Positions 18,373 to 20,000 of a stretch of 20,000 bases of DNA are shown here, one piece after another. This DNA is from an uncultured virus (IMG/VR IMGVR_UViG_3300044956_001223) (Duplodnaviria; Heunggongvirae; Uroviricota; Caudoviricetes), in IMG/VR virus record IMGVR_UViG_3300044956_001223, one strand, 5' to 3'. The stretch's first letter is position 1, and every line of letters starts with the position of its first letter. Made by a program: the position numbers and the translations under genes. The notes under the pieces were generated by a model, which was not told the DNA's origin, searched no databases, and was given only the letters and a program-made list of their open reading frames with translations.

Positions 18373-18910
18373 ATGAAAATCTTTTTATATATTCTATTGG
18401 TCCGGGTTTGCTCGGTCTTGAAATCAATGGAAAATTTTTAATATCATAACTTGATTTAAATGTATCTAAAATTTCTTCTTGATTAGATTTGCTACTAAAT
18501 ATATAAAATTGCGACTCGTCCGTTTCCGAAACGATTTCATGTTCGCACATGGGCGGTATGTAAAACATTTCTCCTAAATTTATTTGATTAACATAAACAC
18601 CTTTGGCATTTTCTACGGGTTTTTCGTAATATGCGAGTATTCCTTTCATTAATAATACATAATGATAATTATGTTTATGCCAATGTCTTCCTATAAAATT
18701 ATTCTTTTTTAACGCAAGATATTTAATGTTATTGATATTTTTATTATCTAAAATAACATTTTGCCTATAAGATTCTGTAAATTCTGTTACTGGTAAATTA
18801 ACGAATGGAGGGCGCAATGCGGGCTTTAATCCTTTTGATTCATTTTCTTTGGCTATTTTATACCTTATTTGAGCTAATTGAGATTCTCCAACTATATAAT
18901 CTTTTGACAT
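18359..18910 (-). CDS. Cupin-domain protein (possible NDP-sugar isomerase/epimerase)
   Basis: GRHWHKHNYHYVLLMKG...GEMFYIPPMCEHEI is a two-motif cupin signature. Confidence 0.75.
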   Translation of the reverse strand: MSKDYIVGESQLAQIRYKIAKENESKGLKPALRPPFVNLPVTEFTESYRQNVILDNKNINNIKYLALKKNNFIGRHWHKHNYHYVLLMKGILAYYEKPVENAKGVYVNQINLGEMFYIPPMCEHEIVSETDESQFYIFSSKSNQEEILDTFKSSYDIKNFPLISRPSKPGPIEYIKRFSYENN

Positions 18911-18916
18911 AAAATT

Positions 18917-18944
18917 ATTATATCAGATATATATTTAAAATCAA
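18917..18944 (-). promoter_or_regulatory. Sigma70-like extended -10 promoter for the glycan operon, probably leaderless
   Basis: Minus strand TTGATT (18944-18939), 16 bp, TATAAT (18922-18917) preceded by TGn. Only 6 nt to ATG 18910. Confidence 0.6.
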
Positions 18945-18953
18945 GAATTTAAA

Positions 18954-18982
18954 TTGACAAACTTTAAGAAAATCTATAGTAT
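18954..18982 (+). promoter_or_regulatory. Sigma70-like promoter, probably leaderless
   Basis: TTGACA (18954-18959), 17 bp, TAGTAT (18977-18982). 5 nt to ATG 18988. Confidence 0.65.
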
Positions 18983-18987
18983 ATATT

Positions 18988-19170
18988 ATGAATTTTGAAA
19001 AAATTGATAAGGAGGAAAAATTAATATCTAAAATAAATTCAAAAATTTCAGAATTAGAAAAAAACCTATCATCCAATCATCAGGAGATTTATTTATTAAA
19101 GCAAAGACTTTCTATGCATAAAAATATACTAATAAATTTAAAGTTACAAAATTTAAAATATGAAAATTAA
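18988..19170 (+). CDS. Small hypothetical coiled-coil protein
   Basis: 60 aa ORF directly after a promoter, with heptad-like Leu/Ile pattern ISELEKNLSSNHQEIYLLKQRL. Confidence 0.6.
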   Translation: MNFEKIDKEEKLISKINSKISELEKNLSSNHQEIYLLKQRLSMHKNILINLKLQNLKYEN

Positions 19171-19173
19171 TAT

Positions 19174-19359
19174 ATGACCTCGCTTTATCCTTTAGGAGAA
19201 AATTGGTTTAAAACTTATAATTTAATGGAAGAACCTTTTATAAAAGAAATATTAAAAACTGCACAAAAAAGTAATAATAATTTTTTAATTACAGAAACAG
19301 ATTACTATAAAATAGTAAGATTTTTAGAAGAATCTAAAATTCAAAAAAAAGTTACTTAA
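19174..19359 (+). CDS. Small hypothetical protein
   Basis: 61 aa ORF starting 3 bp after the previous stop. Confidence 0.55.
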   Translation: MTSLYPLGENWFKTYNLMEEPFIKEILKTAQKSNNNFLITETDYYKIVRFLEESKIQKKVT

Positions 19360-19433
19360 GGTTATATTTTTCTCTAGTACTTTCTGGCGCGCCAGATTCT
19401 AATCCTTTCGATTTTGCTTTTTGCCATAATTTT

Positions 19434-19715
19434 TTAAGCTTCTTTTTTACTTTTATATGTTTTTTGATAGGCTTCTGTTTCAGAAATATCAATCTCAAGA
19501 ATTTCTTGTTTATTGGAATTATTTTGTATGCTTAAATCTGCATTTTTAATATCTAGTTCAATCTCAACTTTAGCTTTATTTTGTGGCCCACGATATGTAT
19601 TTAAACAAATTGCGACTTTTTGTTTTTGAGGATATTTCTCATCTTTCATAAATTCCATGCAGCGACCCATATAATCGCCCTCTTTCTCTTTACTCTTGGG
19701 TTTTGGTATAGGCAT
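19434..19715 (-). CDS. Phage hypothetical protein (MPIPKPKSKEKEGDYMGRCM...), possibly frameshifted or internally deleted near its 3' end
   Basis: ATG 19715 is preferred over 19760. N-terminal PxP...RCM...QKVAIC module. An out-of-frame protein-like tail runs to TAA 19352-19354. Confidence 0.7.
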   Translation of the reverse strand: MPIPKPKSKEKEGDYMGRCMEFMKDEKYPQKQKVAICLNTYRGPQNKAKVEIELDIKNADLSIQNNSNKQEILEIDISETEAYQKTYKSKKEA

Positions 19716-19725
19716 ATATAATATA

Positions 19726-19730
19726 TACAC
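19726..19730 (-). promoter_or_regulatory. GTGTA motif 10 nt upstream of ATG 19715
   Basis: Minus strand GTGTA-TATATTATAT-ATG. No SD. Confidence 0.4.
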
Positions 19731-19755
19731 ATAAACTGTTTTGTGGTGGAAGTGA

Positions 19756-19800
19756 GTCATTTTGTCAATATGTTTTAATTATTTATTATGTCATTTTGGC
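19756..19800 (+). repeat. Tandem imperfect palindromes GTCATTTTG(T/G)C, candidate enhancer-binding-protein sites
   Basis: GTCATTTTGTC at 19756-19766 and GTCATTTTGGC at 19790-19800, 34 bp apart, upstream of a sigma54 motif. Confidence 0.55.
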
Positions 19801-19831
19801 TCTGCTTTGCTCTTTTGTCTCTGTAGAAAGT

Positions 19832-19847
19832 TGGCATATATCTTGCA
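19832..19847 (+). promoter_or_regulatory. Sigma54 (RpoN) -24/-12 promoter
   Basis: TGGCATATATCTTGCA has exact GG-N10-GC spacing and matches TGGCAC-N5-TTGC at all but one position. Followed by AGGAGG (19863-19868) and ATG 19879. Confidence 0.72.
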
Positions 19848-19878
19848 TATAAATATAAACAAAGGAGGCATAGAAAAT

Positions 19879-20000
19879 ATGCTATTAACACTAAGAAATG
19901 GACATAGACCATTAGATATATTTGAAAATATATTTAATGATTCTATATTTAATTATGATAAGGGATATTCTGACTTTGTTTTAGAAAATGATCAGTATTC
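19879..20000 (+). CDS. Probable small heat-shock protein (Hsp20), N-terminus only
   Basis: Not in the ORF track. Strong SD. MLLTLRNGHRPLDIFENIFNDSIFNYDKGYSDFVLENDQY resembles an sHsp N-terminal arm leading into the first alpha-crystallin strands. Truncated by the window edge. Confidence 0.55.
   Translation, partial: MLLTLRNGHRPLDIFENIFNDSIFNYDKGYSDFVLENDQY

Noticed and set aside
3305..18910. Ordinary bacterial O-antigen or capsule locus, or a giant-virus (NCLDV) glycosylation cluster
   Set aside because: No wzx/wzy/wzm/wzt or priming GT, and the neighbouring RecA is non-canonical. Overlapping operonic genes, sigma70/sigma54 promoters and DnaB argue against a eukaryotic virus. A cellular origin is not formally excluded.
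19716..19760. ORF-track N-terminal extension MTHFHHKTVYVYILY
   Set aside because: It runs through the GTGTA motif, an AT tract and a repeat box; ATG 19715 is the better start.
1..20000. Alternative genetic code (TAG or TGA recoding) as the cause of the gaps
   Set aside because: Genes are full length in code 11, TGA is used as a stop in many ATGA overlaps, and the remnants are explained by frameshifts and deletions rather than in-frame stops.
1..20000. CRISPR arrays, tRNA/rRNA genes, IS elements, DGR repeats
   Set aside because: None were recognised by eye and there is almost no non-coding space. tRNAscan and repeat finders were not run.

Overview
Very AT-rich, gene-dense window that most likely comes from a large tailed-phage genome; this is inferred from a divergent RecA/UvsX-type recombinase, a DnaB helicase, a Vsr/DUF559-like nuclease, bacterial-type promoters and a probable sHsp gene. 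Nearly everything from 18910 to 1 is on the minus strand. A ~15.6 kb block (3305-18910) encodes an apparently all-cytoplasmic sugar-building and sugar-transfer system: Gmd, a ColD-like His-type PLP 3-dehydratase, two NDP-hexose C-methyltransferases, an FkbM-like methyltransferase, two extended SDRs (one cupin-fused), a cupin and about seven glycosyltransferases (GT4-, GT2-, GT9- and GT17-like). The block has no flippase, polymerase or priming transferase, and overlapping start/stop codons chain it directly into hyp-recA-nuclease. Three or four genes survive only as hollowed remnants that keep their 5' and 3' ends. Several promoter types are visible: sigma70-like, probably leaderless promoters, a GTGTA-N10-start motif, and a sigma54 -24/-12 promoter with tandem upstream boxes before a probable Hsp20. 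The ORF track misses dnaB, the Hsp20-like gene and two of the remnants (5514-5799, 7845-8018), and shows only part of the other two.
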